Positions 55,614-64,000 of a stretch of 64,000 nt of DNA are shown one piece after another. The notes beneath the pieces are model-generated. The model was not told where the DNA came from. It was given only the letters and a program-made list of their open reading frames with translations, and ran no database searches. The position numbers were made by a program, and so were the translations under genes. Source of the DNA: a virus (lineage: Duplodnaviria > Heunggongvirae > Uroviricota > Caudoviricetes); the IMG/VR virus record IMGVR_UViG_637000265_000001; one strand, given 5' to 3'. Numbering within the stretch: the stretch's first letter is position 1; the number at the start of each line of letters is the position of its first letter.

Positions 55614-57039
55614 TTTTTATGCGCCGCCCCATAGCATCGAGGCAGAGCAGGCGGTGATTGGTGGATTGCTTCTGGATGATGACAGCAGTGAGCGCGTCCA
55701 GAAAGTTCTGGCGATGCTGAAGCCTGATTCATTTTACAGCCGACCACACAAAATCATTTTCGAAGAAATAACCAGAATGCACCGTGAGCAAAAGCCAGTA
55801 GATGGCCTGACGCTTTTCGATGAACTGGAGCGTAAATCGTTAACGGCTTCTGTTGGCGGTTTTGCTTATATCGCTGAGATCGCAAAGAACACGCCAAGCG
55901 CAGCAAATATCGTTGCCTATGCAATGCAGGTTCGTGAAACCGCAATGGAACGCTACGCCATCAACCGCATGACTGAAGCGACGGAATTGCTCTATTCCCG
56001 CAACGGAATGACTGCAACGCAGAAGTACGAAGCTATTCAGGCGATTTTCACGCAACTGACAGACCATGCAAAAACCGGATCGCGTCGCGGCCTTCGCTCA
56101 TTTGGTGAGGTCATGGAAGACTGGGTTAGCGACCTTGAGAAGCGATTTGACCCGTCAGGTGAACAACGAGGAATGAGCACAGGGATCCCATCGCTGGACA
56201 GGATGCTGTCACCGAAAGGTCTGGTGAAAGGCTCTCTGTTTGTCATTGGCGCTCGCCCTAAGATGGGGAAAACGACGCTATACAGCCAGATGGCAATCAA
56301 CTGCGCAGTGCATGAGAAAAAGCCCGCTCTTATGTTCAGCCTTGAAATGCCAGGTGACCAGATACTGGAAAAACTGGTAGGGCAGAAGTCTGGTGTTAAC
56401 CCGAATATTTTTTACCTTCCGGCGACAAATGACGCTGATGACGGCTATCAGGGTGATTACGATGGTGACTTCAACAGGGCGATCGAAACAGCCAATCGCT
56501 TGAGTGAAATCGACCTGCTTTACATCGACGACACGCCGGGATTATCTCTGGCTCAAATCGTCAGCGAAAGCCGTCGAATCAAGCGAGAAAAAGGATGTGT
56601 TGGCATGATTCTGGTCGATTACCTGACACTAATGACCGCTGAGAAGGCCGATCGCAACGACCTTGCTTACGGCATGATCACCAAAGGACTGAAGAACCTT
56701 GCCAAAGAGCTTGATTGCGTTGTTGTGCTTCTGACACAGCTTAACCGCGCACTGGAAAGCCGAACCAATAAACGCCCATTACCAAGTGACTCACGAGATA
56801 CAGGGCAGATTGAACAGGATTGCGATTATTGGGTTGGGATCCATCGGGAAGGTGCTTTTGATGACAGCGTTCCTCCTGGTGAAACCGAACTAATCCTTCG
56901 TCTCAATCGTCATGGCAATACCGGCACGGTGTATTGCATTCAGGCAAATGGCGCTATTTATGACACAGACCAACAGTCTGCTGAAATGCGCCGCCGTGAA
57001 CGCGAGGAACCGCAGTCCAAGAAGAAAGGAGGATTCTGA
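55603..57039 (+). CDS. DnaB-family replicative helicase
   Basis: 478 aa; N-terminal DnaB-like domain and Walker A GARPKMGKT; GAGGGTGA RBS. Confidence 0.85.
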   Translation: MTDNFYAPPHSIEAEQAVIGGLLLDDDSSERVQKVLAMLKPDSFYSRPHKIIFEEITRMHREQKPVDGLTLFDELERKSLTASVGGFAYIAEIAKNTPSAANIVAYAMQVRETAMERYAINRMTEATELLYSRNGMTATQKYEAIQAIFTQLTDHAKTGSRRGLRSFGEVMEDWVSDLEKRFDPSGEQRGMSTGIPSLDRMLSPKGLVKGSLFVIGARPKMGKTTLYSQMAINCAVHEKKPALMFSLEMPGDQILEKLVGQKSGVNPNIFYLPATNDADDGYQGDYDGDFNRAIETANRLSEIDLLYIDDTPGLSLAQIVSESRRIKREKGCVGMILVDYLTLMTAEKADRNDLAYGMITKGLKNLAKELDCVVVLLTQLNRALESRTNKRPLPSDSRDTGQIEQDCDYWVGIHREGAFDDSVPPGETELILRLNRHGNTGTVYCIQANGAIYDTDQQSAEMRRREREEPQSKKKGGF

Positions 57040-57115
57040 TGACCATCTACATCACTGAGCTTGTAACAGGCCTGCTGGTAATAGCAGGCCTTTTTATTTG
57101 GGGGAGAGGGAAGTC

Positions 57116-57556
57116 ATGAAAAAACTAACCTTTGAAATTCGATCTCCAGCACATCAGCAAAACGCTATTCACGCAGTACAGCAAATCCTTCCAGACCCAA
57201 CCAAACCAATCGTAGTAACCATTCAGGAACGCAACCGCAGCTTAGACCAAAATCGGAAGCTTTGGGCTTGCCTTGGTGACGTCTCTCGTCAGGTTGAATG
57301 GCATGGTCGCTGGCTGGATGCAGAAAGCTGGAAGTGTGTGTTTACCGCAGCATTAAAGCAGCAGGACGTTGTTCCTAACCTTGCCGGGAATGGCTTTGTG
57401 GTAATAGGCCAGTCAACCAGCAGGATGCGTGTAAGCGAATTTGCGGAGCTATTAGAGCTTATACAGGCATTCGGTACAGAGCGTGGCGTTAAGTGGTCAG
57501 ACGAAGCGCGACTGGCTCTGGAGTGGAAAGCAAGATGGGGAGACAGGGCGGCATGA
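57116..57556 (+). CDS. ninB: NinB recombination protein
   Basis: 146 aa [21 protein letters not shown]... Confidence 0.75.
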   Translation: MKKLTFEIRSPAHQQNAIHAVQQILPDPTKPIVVTIQERNRSLDQNRKLWACLGDVSRQVEWHGRWLDAESWKCVFTAALKQQDVVPNLAGNGFVVIGQSTSRMRVSEFAELLELIQAFGTERGVKWSDEARLALEWKARWGDRAA

Positions 57557-57729
57557 GACGACAGCGACGAAGCATCACCGACATAATCTGCGAAAACTGC
57601 AAATACCTTCCAACGAAACGCTCCAGAAATAAACGCAAGCCAATCCCAAAAGAATCTGACGTAAAAACCTTCAACTACACGGCTCACCTGTGGGATATCC
57701 GGTGGCTAAGACATCGTGCGAGGAAATGA
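57553..57729 (+). CDS. small basic nin-region protein
   Basis: ATGA overlap with ninB stop; 58 aa Arg/Lys-rich with CxxC. Confidence 0.4.
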   Translation: MRRQRRSITDIICENCKYLPTKRSRNKRKPIPKESDVKTFNYTAHLWDIRWLRHRARK

Positions 57730-58133
57730 CAATGCTTTTAATTCAACCTGGATTTGGACTTAGCATCAAAAAAGGCCACATGTTTGGCGAGAAAGAGTCA
57801 CAACGAAAAATGGTGTCTATCCGGTTGCCATTTATCAGTATTTATTGGCTAAACAGGGAGGCAACAAATTATTGGTATACATGCGCCAGAGCAGCATTTA
57901 ACGACCCTGACTGGTTTGTGAAAAACCACCACGCAGTTCGTCAGGCAAAGAGAAAGGCCAACCTGACATACATAAAGGCGTATCAAAAAGCATGGAAAGA
58001 ACACCGCGATCGATACCAACAAGACATGGAAAAGCTTGAATCAGAAAACATGGAATTAAGACGAAAGCTCGGTGAAGCAAAACGAGACATTGATGCTTAC
58101 AAGCGACTTTTTAATGGTGAAAGCCATGCTTAG
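57690..58133 (+). CDS. nin-region hypothetical protein (YbcN-like position)
   Basis: 147 aa ORF with coiled-coil C-terminus. Confidence 0.4.
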   Translation: MGYPVAKTSCEEMTMLLIQPGFGLSIKKGHMFGEKESQRKMVSIRLPFISIYWLNREATNYWYTCARAAFNDPDWFVKNHHAVRQAKRKANLTYIKAYQKAWKEHRDRYQQDMEKLESENMELRRKLGEAKRDIDAYKRLFNGESHA

Positions 58134-58302
58134 CCCATCCCAATCCATTCAATACCAGAAAGAAAGCGTCGAGCGGGCTTTAACGTGCGCTAACTGCGGT
58201 CAGAAGCTGCATGTGCTGGAAGTTCACGTGTGTGAGCACTGCTGTACAGAACTGATGAGCGATCCGAATAGCTCAATGTACGAGGAAGAAGACGATGAAT
58301 GA
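58126..58302 (+). CDS. NinF-like protein
   Basis: 58 aa [40 protein letters not shown]. Confidence 0.5.
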   Translation: MLSPSQSIQYQKESVERALTCANCGQKLHVLEVHVCEHCCTELMSDPNSSMYEEEDDE

Positions 58303-59017
58303 GTTAATAAATGGCAATGTCATCAAAATGACAAGCATTGAAATCGCTGAGTTGGTGGGTAAGCGTCATGACAATGTGAAACGTACCATCGAAACGCTGG
58401 CTAAAAATGGTGTTATCCGGCTTCCTCAAATTGAGGATTGTGGAAGAATCAATGGGTTAGGCTTAAATCAAAGTTTTTGTGTGTATGTATTCGAAGGCGA
58501 ACAAGGAAAGCGAGACAGTATTGTCGTTGTAGCCCAGTTGTCGCCGGAATTCACCGCTCGTCTTGTTGACCGTTGGCGAGAGCTTGAAGAATCTGCGGTT
58601 AATATCCCAAAAACGCTACCAGAAGCGTTGCGCCTTGCTGCTGACCTTGCTGAGCAGAAAATGCAACTGGAAAACCAGCTCGCAATTGCCGCACCTAAAG
58701 TTGAGTTTGCCGATCGCGTTGGCGAGGCCAGCGGAATTTTGATTGGAAACTTTGCAAAGGTTGTCGGTATTGGTCCAAACAAACTGTTTGCGTGGATGCG
58801 CGATCACAAAATCCTTATTGCTTCAGGTACCCGGCGCAATGTGCCAATGCAGGAATATATGGATCGCGGCTATTTCACAGTGAAAGAAACAGCGGTCAAC
58901 ACAAATCACGGAATACAGATATCGTTCACCACAAAAATCACCGGGCGTGGTCAACAGTGGCTGACCAGAAAGCTGCTCGATAACGGAATGCTGAAAGTAA
59001 CAGGGGAGGCTGCTTAA
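58295..59017 (+). CDS. Rha-family regulatory / antirepressor-like protein
   Basis: N-terminal MTSIEIAELVGKRHDNVKRTIE motif typical of Rha; C-terminal KilAC/ORF6C-like region. Confidence 0.65.
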   Translation: MNELINGNVIKMTSIEIAELVGKRHDNVKRTIETLAKNGVIRLPQIEDCGRINGLGLNQSFCVYVFEGEQGKRDSIVVVAQLSPEFTARLVDRWRELEESAVNIPKTLPEALRLAADLAEQKMQLENQLAIAAPKVEFADRVGEASGILIGNFAKVVGIGPNKLFAWMRDHKILIASGTRRNVPMQEYMDRGYFTVKETAVNTNHGIQISFTTKITGRGQQWLTRKLLDNGMLKVTGEAA

Positions 59018-59307
59018 TGGCTAATCTACGCAAAGAAGCACGCGGCAGAGAATGCCAGGTACGTATTTACGGCGTATGCAATGGTAATCCTGAAACTACA
59101 GTTCTGGCACATTACCGGATGGCTGGAATTTGCGGAACGGGAATGAAGCCTGACGACATGATCGGCGCATGGGCTTGTAGCGCGTGTCACGATGAAATCG
59201 ACCGACGCACCCATAATATCGACAACAAAGACGCCAGACTTTACCACCTCGAAGGCGTAATCAGGACGCAGGCGGTATTGCTGAAGGAGGGGAAGGTTAA
59301 GTCATGA
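59017..59307 (+). CDS. YbcO-like (DUF1364) protein
   Basis: 96 aa Cys/His-rich protein immediately upstream of rusA, as in DLP12. Confidence 0.5.
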   Translation: MANLRKEARGRECQVRIYGVCNGNPETTVLAHYRMAGICGTGMKPDDMIGAWACSACHDEIDRRTHNIDNKDARLYHLEGVIRTQAVLLKEGKVKS

Positions 59308-59666
59308 ATGAATATCGGTTTGTGCTTCCATACCCGCCGTCGGTGAATACCTACTGGCGAAGACGGGGAAGCCAATATTACATCAGCGATAAAGGTCAGA
59401 AATACCGAAAAGACGTTCAGCAAATCATCCGCCAACTTAAGTTAGACATTTTCACCAAATCACGACTCCGCATCAAAGTCATCGCAGACGTTCCAGACTC
59501 CCGCCGCCGCGACCTCGATAACATCCTGAAAGGTTTACTCGACTCCCTTATCCACGCCGGATTTGCGGAAGACGACGAGCAATTCGATGACATTCGCGTA
59601 ATTCGTGGTGTGAAAGTACCAGGCGGACGGCTTGGAATAAAAATCACCGAACTGGAGAACGTATGA
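59304..59666 (+). CDS. rusA: RusA Holliday junction resolvase
   Basis: 120 aa with motif DRRRRDLDN and overall similarity to E. coli RusA. Confidence 0.8.
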   Translation: MNEYRFVLPYPPSVNTYWRRRGSQYYISDKGQKYRKDVQQIIRQLKLDIFTKSRLRIKVIADVPDSRRRDLDNILKGLLDSLIHAGFAEDDEQFDDIRVIRGVKVPGGRLGIKITELENV

Positions 59667-59851
59667 ACGCCACAATTCAAACGATACCAGAGCTTCTTAT
59701 CCAGACACGAGGCAATCAGACCGAAGTGGCGAGGATGCTTTCCTGTGCAAGAGGAACAGTGCTCAAGTACAACCGAGACAGCAAAGGTGAGCGTCACGTA
59801 ATAGTTAACGGCGTCCTGATGGTCAAACAGGGCAAGAGGGGTAGACCATGA
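59663..59851 (+). CDS. NinH-like small HTH protein
   Basis: 62 aa with GNQTEVARMLSCARGTV.KY motif. Confidence 0.5.
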   Translation: MNATIQTIPELLIQTRGNQTEVARMLSCARGTVLKYNRDSKGERHVIVNGVLMVKQGKRGRP

Positions 59852-60471
59852 GACTCGAAAGTGTAGCTAAATTTCATTCGCCAAAAAGCCCGATGATGAG
59901 CGACTCACCACGGGCTACGGCTTCTGACTCTCTTTCCGGTACTGATGTGATGGCTGCTATGGGGATGGCGCAATCACAAGCCGGATTCGGAATGGCTGCA
60001 TTCTGTGGTAAGCACGAACTCAGCCAGAACGACAAACAAAAGGCTATCAACTATCTGATGCAATTTGCACACAAGGTATCGGGGAAATACCGTGGTGTGG
60101 CAAAGCTCGAAGGAAATACTAAGGCAAAGGTACTGCAAGTGCTCGCAACATTCGCTTATGCGGATTATTGCCGTAGTGCCGCGACGCCTGGCGCAAGATG
60201 CAGAGATTGTCACGGTACAGGCCGTGCGGTTGATATAGCAAAAACAGAGCAGTGGGGGAGAGTTGTTGAGAAAGAATGCGGAAGATGCAAAGGTGTCGGC
60301 TATTCAAGGATGCCAGCAAGCGCCGCATATCGCGCTGTGACGATGCTAATCCCAAATCTTACCCAACCCACCTGGTCACGCACTGTTAAGCCGCTGTATG
60401 ACGCTCTGGTGGTGCAATGCCACAAAGAAGAGTCAATCGCAGACAACATTTTGAATGCGGTCACACGTTAG
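59848..60471 (+). CDS. Q: late antiterminator Q (lambda-type)
   Basis: 207 aa MRLESVAKFHSPKSPMMSDSP... matches recalled lambda Q. Confidence 0.9.
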   Translation: MRLESVAKFHSPKSPMMSDSPRATASDSLSGTDVMAAMGMAQSQAGFGMAAFCGKHELSQNDKQKAINYLMQFAHKVSGKYRGVAKLEGNTKAKVLQVLATFAYADYCRSAATPGARCRDCHGTGRAVDIAKTEQWGRVVEKECGRCKGVGYSRMPASAAYRAVTMLIPNLTQPTWSRTVKPLYDALVVQCHKEESIADNILNAVTR

Positions 60472-60513
60472 CAGCATGATTGCCACGGATGGCAACATAT
60501 TAACGGCATGATA

Positions 60514-60542
60514 TTGACTTTTTGAATAAAGTTGGGTAAATT
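60514..60542 (+). promoter_or_regulatory. late promoter pR' (-35 TTGACT, -10 TAAATT) with qut region
   Basis: Sequence matches recalled lambda pR'. Confidence 0.7.
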
Positions 60543-60673
60543 TGACCCAACGATGGGTTAATTCGCTCGTTGTGGTAGTGAGATGAAAAGAGGCGGCGCT
60601 TACTACCGATTCCGCCTAGTTGGTCACTTCGACGTATCGTCTGGAACTCCAACCATCGCAGGCTGAGAGGTCT

Positions 60674-60732
60674 GCAAAATGCAATCCCGAAACAGTTCGC
60701 AGGTAATAGTTAGAGCCTGCATAACGGTTTCG
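60674..60732 (+). terminator. tR' terminator (end of 6S late leader RNA)
   Basis: AATCCCGAAAC...GTTTCGGGATTTTTT hairpin with U-tract. Confidence 0.7.
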
Positions 60733-61139
60733 GGATTTTTTATATCTGTGTAACAGGTAAGAGCATTCTCCCTTATGGGGCTTGGCTTAAATGCACCGAG
60801 TGCTCTTTCCGTTGTGCTGAATTAAGCGAATACCGGAAGCAGAACCGGATCAACAAATGCGTACAGGCGTCATCGCCGCCCAGCAACAGCACAACCCAAA
60901 CTGAGCCGTAGCCACTGGCTATCCTGAATTCATCAGTAATAGTTACGCTGCGGCCTTCTACACATGACCTTCGTGAAAGCGGGTGGCAAGAGGTTGCGCT
61001 AACAACCTCCTGCCGTTTTGCCCGTGCATATCGGTCACGAACAAATCTGATTACTAAACACAGTAGCCTGGATTTGTTCTATCAGTAATCGACCTTATTC
61101 CTAATTAAATAGAGCAAATCCCCTTATTGGGGGTAAGAC

Positions 61140-61463
61140 ATGAAGATGCCAGAAAAACATGACCTGTTAGCCGCCATTCTCGCGGCAAAGGAACAAGGCA
61201 TCGGGGCAATCCTTGCGTTTGCAATGGCGTACCTTCGCGGCAGATATAATGGCGGTGCGTTTACAAAAACAGTAATCGACGCAACGATGTGCGCCATTAT
61301 CGCCTGGTTCATTCGTGACCTTCTCGACTTCGCCGGACTAAGTAGCAATCTCGCTTATATAACGAGCGTGTTCATCGGCTACATCGGTACTGACTCGATT
61401 GGTTCGCTTATCAAACGCTTCGCTGCTAAAAAAGCCGGAGTAGAAGATGGTGGAAATCAATAA
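61140..61463 (+). CDS. S: holin S (lambda-type, dual start MKM)
   Basis: 107 aa [34 protein letters not shown]... Confidence 0.9.
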   Translation: MKMPEKHDLLAAILAAKEQGIGAILAFAMAYLRGRYNGGAFTKTVIDATMCAIIAWFIRDLLDFAGLSSNLAYITSVFIGYIGTDSIGSLIKRFAAKKAGVEDGGNQ

Positions 61464-61924
61464 TCAACGTAAGGCGTTCCTCGATATGCTGGCGTGGTCA
61501 GAGGGAACTGATAACGGACGTCAGAAAACCAGAAATCATGGTTATGACGTCATTGTTGGCGGAGAGCTATTTACCGATTACTCCGATCACCCTCGCAAAC
61601 TTGTCACGCTAAACCCAAAACTCAAATCAACAGCAGCAGGACGTTACCAGCTTCTTTCCCGTTGGTGGGATGCCTATCGTAAGCAGCTTGGCCTGAAAGA
61701 CTTCTCTCCCAAAAGCCAAGACGCTGTTGCGCTGCAGCAGATTAAGGAACGTGGCGCTTTGGCCGATGATTGATCGCGGTGATATCCGTCAGGCAATCGA
61801 CCGTTGCAGCAATATCTGGGCTTCACTGCCGGGTGCTGGTTATGGTCAGTTCGAGCATAAGGCTGACAGCCTGATTGCAAAATTCAAAGAAGCAGGCGGA
61901 ACGGTCAGAGAGATTGAGGTATGA
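61447..61924 (+). pseudogene. R: endolysin R (lambda-type transglycosylase), frameshifted
   Basis: Split into 61447-61773 and 61727-61924; stop created at GCTTTGGCCGATGATTGA. Confidence 0.7.
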
Positions 61925-62358
61925 GCAGAGTAACCGCGATTATCTCCGCTCTGGTTATCTGCATCATCGTCTGTCTGTCATGGGCGGTTAATCATTACCG
62001 TGATAACGCCATGACCTACAAAGAGCAGCGCGATAAGGCCGCATCCACAATCGCTGACATGCAGAAGCGTCAACGTGATGTAGCAGAACTTGACGCCAGA
62101 TACACAAAGGAGCTTGCTGATGCTAACGCGACTATCGAAAGTCTCCGTGATGATGTTTCTGCTGGGCGTAAGCGGCTGCAAGTCGCCGCCTCATGTGCAA
62201 AGTCAAAGACCGGAGCCAGCGGCATGGGCGATGGAGAAAGCCCAGGACTTACAGCAGATGCTGAACTCAATTATTACCGTCTCCGAAGTGGAATCGACAA
62301 GATAACCGCGCAGGTTAACTACCTGCAGGAATACATCAGGACGCAATGCCTGAAATAA
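61921..62358 (+). CDS. Rz: i-spanin Rz
   Basis: 145 aa with N-terminal TM, shares N-terminus with the Rz at 1792-2274. Confidence 0.8.
   Translation: MSRVTAIISALVICIIVCLSWAVNHYRDNAMTYKEQRDKAASTIADMQKRQRDVAELDARYTKELADANATIESLRDDVSAGRKRLQVAASCAKSKTGASGMGDGESPGLTADAELNYYRLRSGIDKITAQVNYLQEYIRTQCLK
62150..62305 (+). CDS. Rz1: o-spanin Rz1, embedded
   Basis: Lipoprotein-like [10 protein letters not shown] and Pro-rich body in +1 frame within Rz. Confidence 0.55.
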   Translation: MMFLLGVSGCKSPPHVQSQRPEPAAWAMEKAQDLQQMLNSIITVSEVESTR

Positions 62359-62559
62359 TTTTTTTGCAAATCACAAAGTCCATTTAATGAGCCTCACGAT
62401 GCGGGGCTTTTTGCAATAAATGCGTACCGCAACGCATGTTTTTTACACCGAACCTGCCCCTTTGGAATGGGCCTTTGAGGATACCAGTTAGTGCTGGCGA
62501 GCCTCGGTGGGCTGGTTTTCTGTGCGGCAAAGGTTCATTTCAAATGGTAGGTAAACGTT

Positions 62560-63081
62560 ATGAATATCGTGCCACTTAATTACAAAGGTGAAATTGTCAG
62601 TTTCAACACTGATGGTTGGATCAACGTCACAGGTGTTGCTGAGAGATTTGGGAAACGCATTGATAACTGGATGAGTTTGGCAGAAACGCTTGAATACGTT
62701 CGTGCTTTAGACGAAGCGTTGACCGGGAAAGAATCTCAAATTTTACATCCCTCACAATCGAGGTATGTAAAAACCAGCAAGGCACGAAAGGACAGGGGTG
62801 GTGGTACGTGGCTACATCCAAAACTTTCAGTTGCATTTGCCCGTTGGTGTGATGCTCGTTTTGCTGTGTGGTGCGACCTGCACATTGATAGTCTGCTTCG
62901 CGGTGAACTGACTGAGCAGCAGAAATATGAGCAAGCATGTCGCATTCGCGATGACCGGAAATCAAAAGCCAGCAATGGGGCAAGAGAGATGGCTCGCTGG
63001 CGATGGGATAAGCCGGTTATTGAAGCAAATGTCGAGTACTGGCGCGAGCAACTGCAGTTGACTCTCGATATCGCTTGCTGA
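62560..63081 (+). CDS. KilA-N domain protein
   Basis: 173 aa with KilA-N-like N-terminus (FNTDGWINVTGVAERFGKR). Confidence 0.65.
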   Translation: MNIVPLNYKGEIVSFNTDGWINVTGVAERFGKRIDNWMSLAETLEYVRALDEALTGKESQILHPSQSRYVKTSKARKDRGGGTWLHPKLSVAFARWCDARFAVWCDLHIDSLLRGELTEQQKYEQACRIRDDRKSKASNGAREMARWRWDKPVIEANVEYWREQLQLTLDIAC

Positions 63082-63533
63082 TGGCAAACGCAAAACTGCG
63101 TTATCGGAAAAATCAAAGCATTACGAGAACTGAGCAACAGCTATCCATTACAAAGCCCATCAATGGGTGAGCTTGATAATGAAACCGGAATTTATTCTGG
63201 GCAACCAGTTACGGCAGTACCGCGAAACAACCCAAGCCAGTAAGTGGGGAAATAACACTGGCAGCCACTGAAAGATGAACCTCCTGCCTTATGGCAAAAA
63301 AGATTCTTTGTGGTGGCGGACTGATGGAAAGACATCCTAATTTCAGCCAAACATTGAAGAAGTTGTTATGTCAGCAGAAGGTTTCAATAACCCATCAAAA
63401 TTCCGGGATGAGTGGGATAGCAGCGTAAAGAGTAAGTGATGCCATCACAAAAGCCATTCCCTACAGAGTGGCTTTGATAATGGCTTATACCCTACACGGG
63501 ATATCTTAACTGATATCCCTTTTAACGGATAAA

Positions 63534-64000
63534 TGAGGTAGCCTGAGTTTAACGGACACTCCTTCCTGAAATAGAATGGCATCAGAAGGAGCTAATAATG
63601 AGCAGAAAAACCCAACGTTACTCTAAAGAGTTCAAAGCCGAAGCTGTCAGAACGGTTCTTGAAAATCAACTTTCGATCAGTGAAGGCGCTTCCCGATTAT
63701 CTCTTCCTGAAGGCACTTTAGGACAATGGGTTACCGCCGCCAGAAAAGGGCTCGGTACTCCTGGTTCCCGCACGGTGGCTGAACTGGAATCTGAAATTCT
63801 GCAACTGCGTAAGGCGTTAAATGAAGCTCGCCTTGAGCGCGATATATTAAAAAAAGCAACAGCGTATTTTGCACAGGAGTCGCTGAAAAATACGCGTTAA
63901 TCGAACAATGGCGACAACAATTTCCCATTGAAGCGATGTGTCAGGTATTTGGTGTATCCAGGAGCGGTTATTACAACTGGGTACAGCATGAACCCTCAGA
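63534..64000 (+). mobile_element. IS600-like (IS3 family), runs off window end
   Basis: Left end TGAGGTAGCCTGAGTTTAACGG identical to the copies at 20680 and 22916; orfA present, orfB begins. Confidence 0.8.
63598..63900 (+). CDS. IS600-like OrfA
   Basis: 100 aa identical to the ORF at 22550-22852. Confidence 0.8.
   Translation: MSRKTQRYSKEFKAEAVRTVLENQLSISEGASRLSLPEGTLGQWVTAARKGLGTPGSRTVAELESEILQLRKALNEARLERDILKKATAYFAQESLKNTR

Overview
This 64 kb window is a mosaic of enterobacterial prophage modules broken up by six IS families (IS2, IS911, IS600-like, IS629, IS1, IS4), a pattern most consistent with a Shigella flexneri or E. coli chromosome. All identifications are from reading the sequence and recall of well-known proteins; no database search was run. 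Left to right: (1) IS2, cut by the window edge; (2) an orphan minus-strand lysis cassette (S21-type pinholin, an extra ORF, SAR endolysin, Rz/Rz1) with no Q gene, preceded by a roughly 0.7 kb non-coding leader and an unrecognised four-gene operon truncated by IS911; (3) a P22/Sf6-like head and ejection module, from a terminase fragment through portal, scaffold, coat, gp4, gp10, tail needle, gp7 and gp20 to a gp16-position ejection protein, ending in a nested IS600/IS629 structure; (4) an SfV-like prophage body with an HK97-type head, Mu-like contractile tail, tail fibre, a gtrA-gtrB-gtr(type) O-antigen glucosylation operon, an attP-type tRNA-Thr 3' fragment, P22-like int/xis, an early-left region (RecT, Gp157-like, Ea22-like, DUF551-like, cIII-like, ral, sieB, lambda-like N), a 434-type immunity region (cI, three OR operators, cro), lambda-like cII, a replication initiator with iterons, a DnaB-family helicase, a nin region, lambda-type Q, pR'/tR' and S-R-Rz, a KilA-N gene and a second IS600 copy. 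The most interesting candidates for undescribed biology are the unrecognised operon at 4459-6770 and a signal-peptide protein translationally coupled to cI at 51417-51821. Several prophage genes are inactivated by IS insertion or frameshift (two terminases, cIII-like, nutR/tR1 region, endolysin R).
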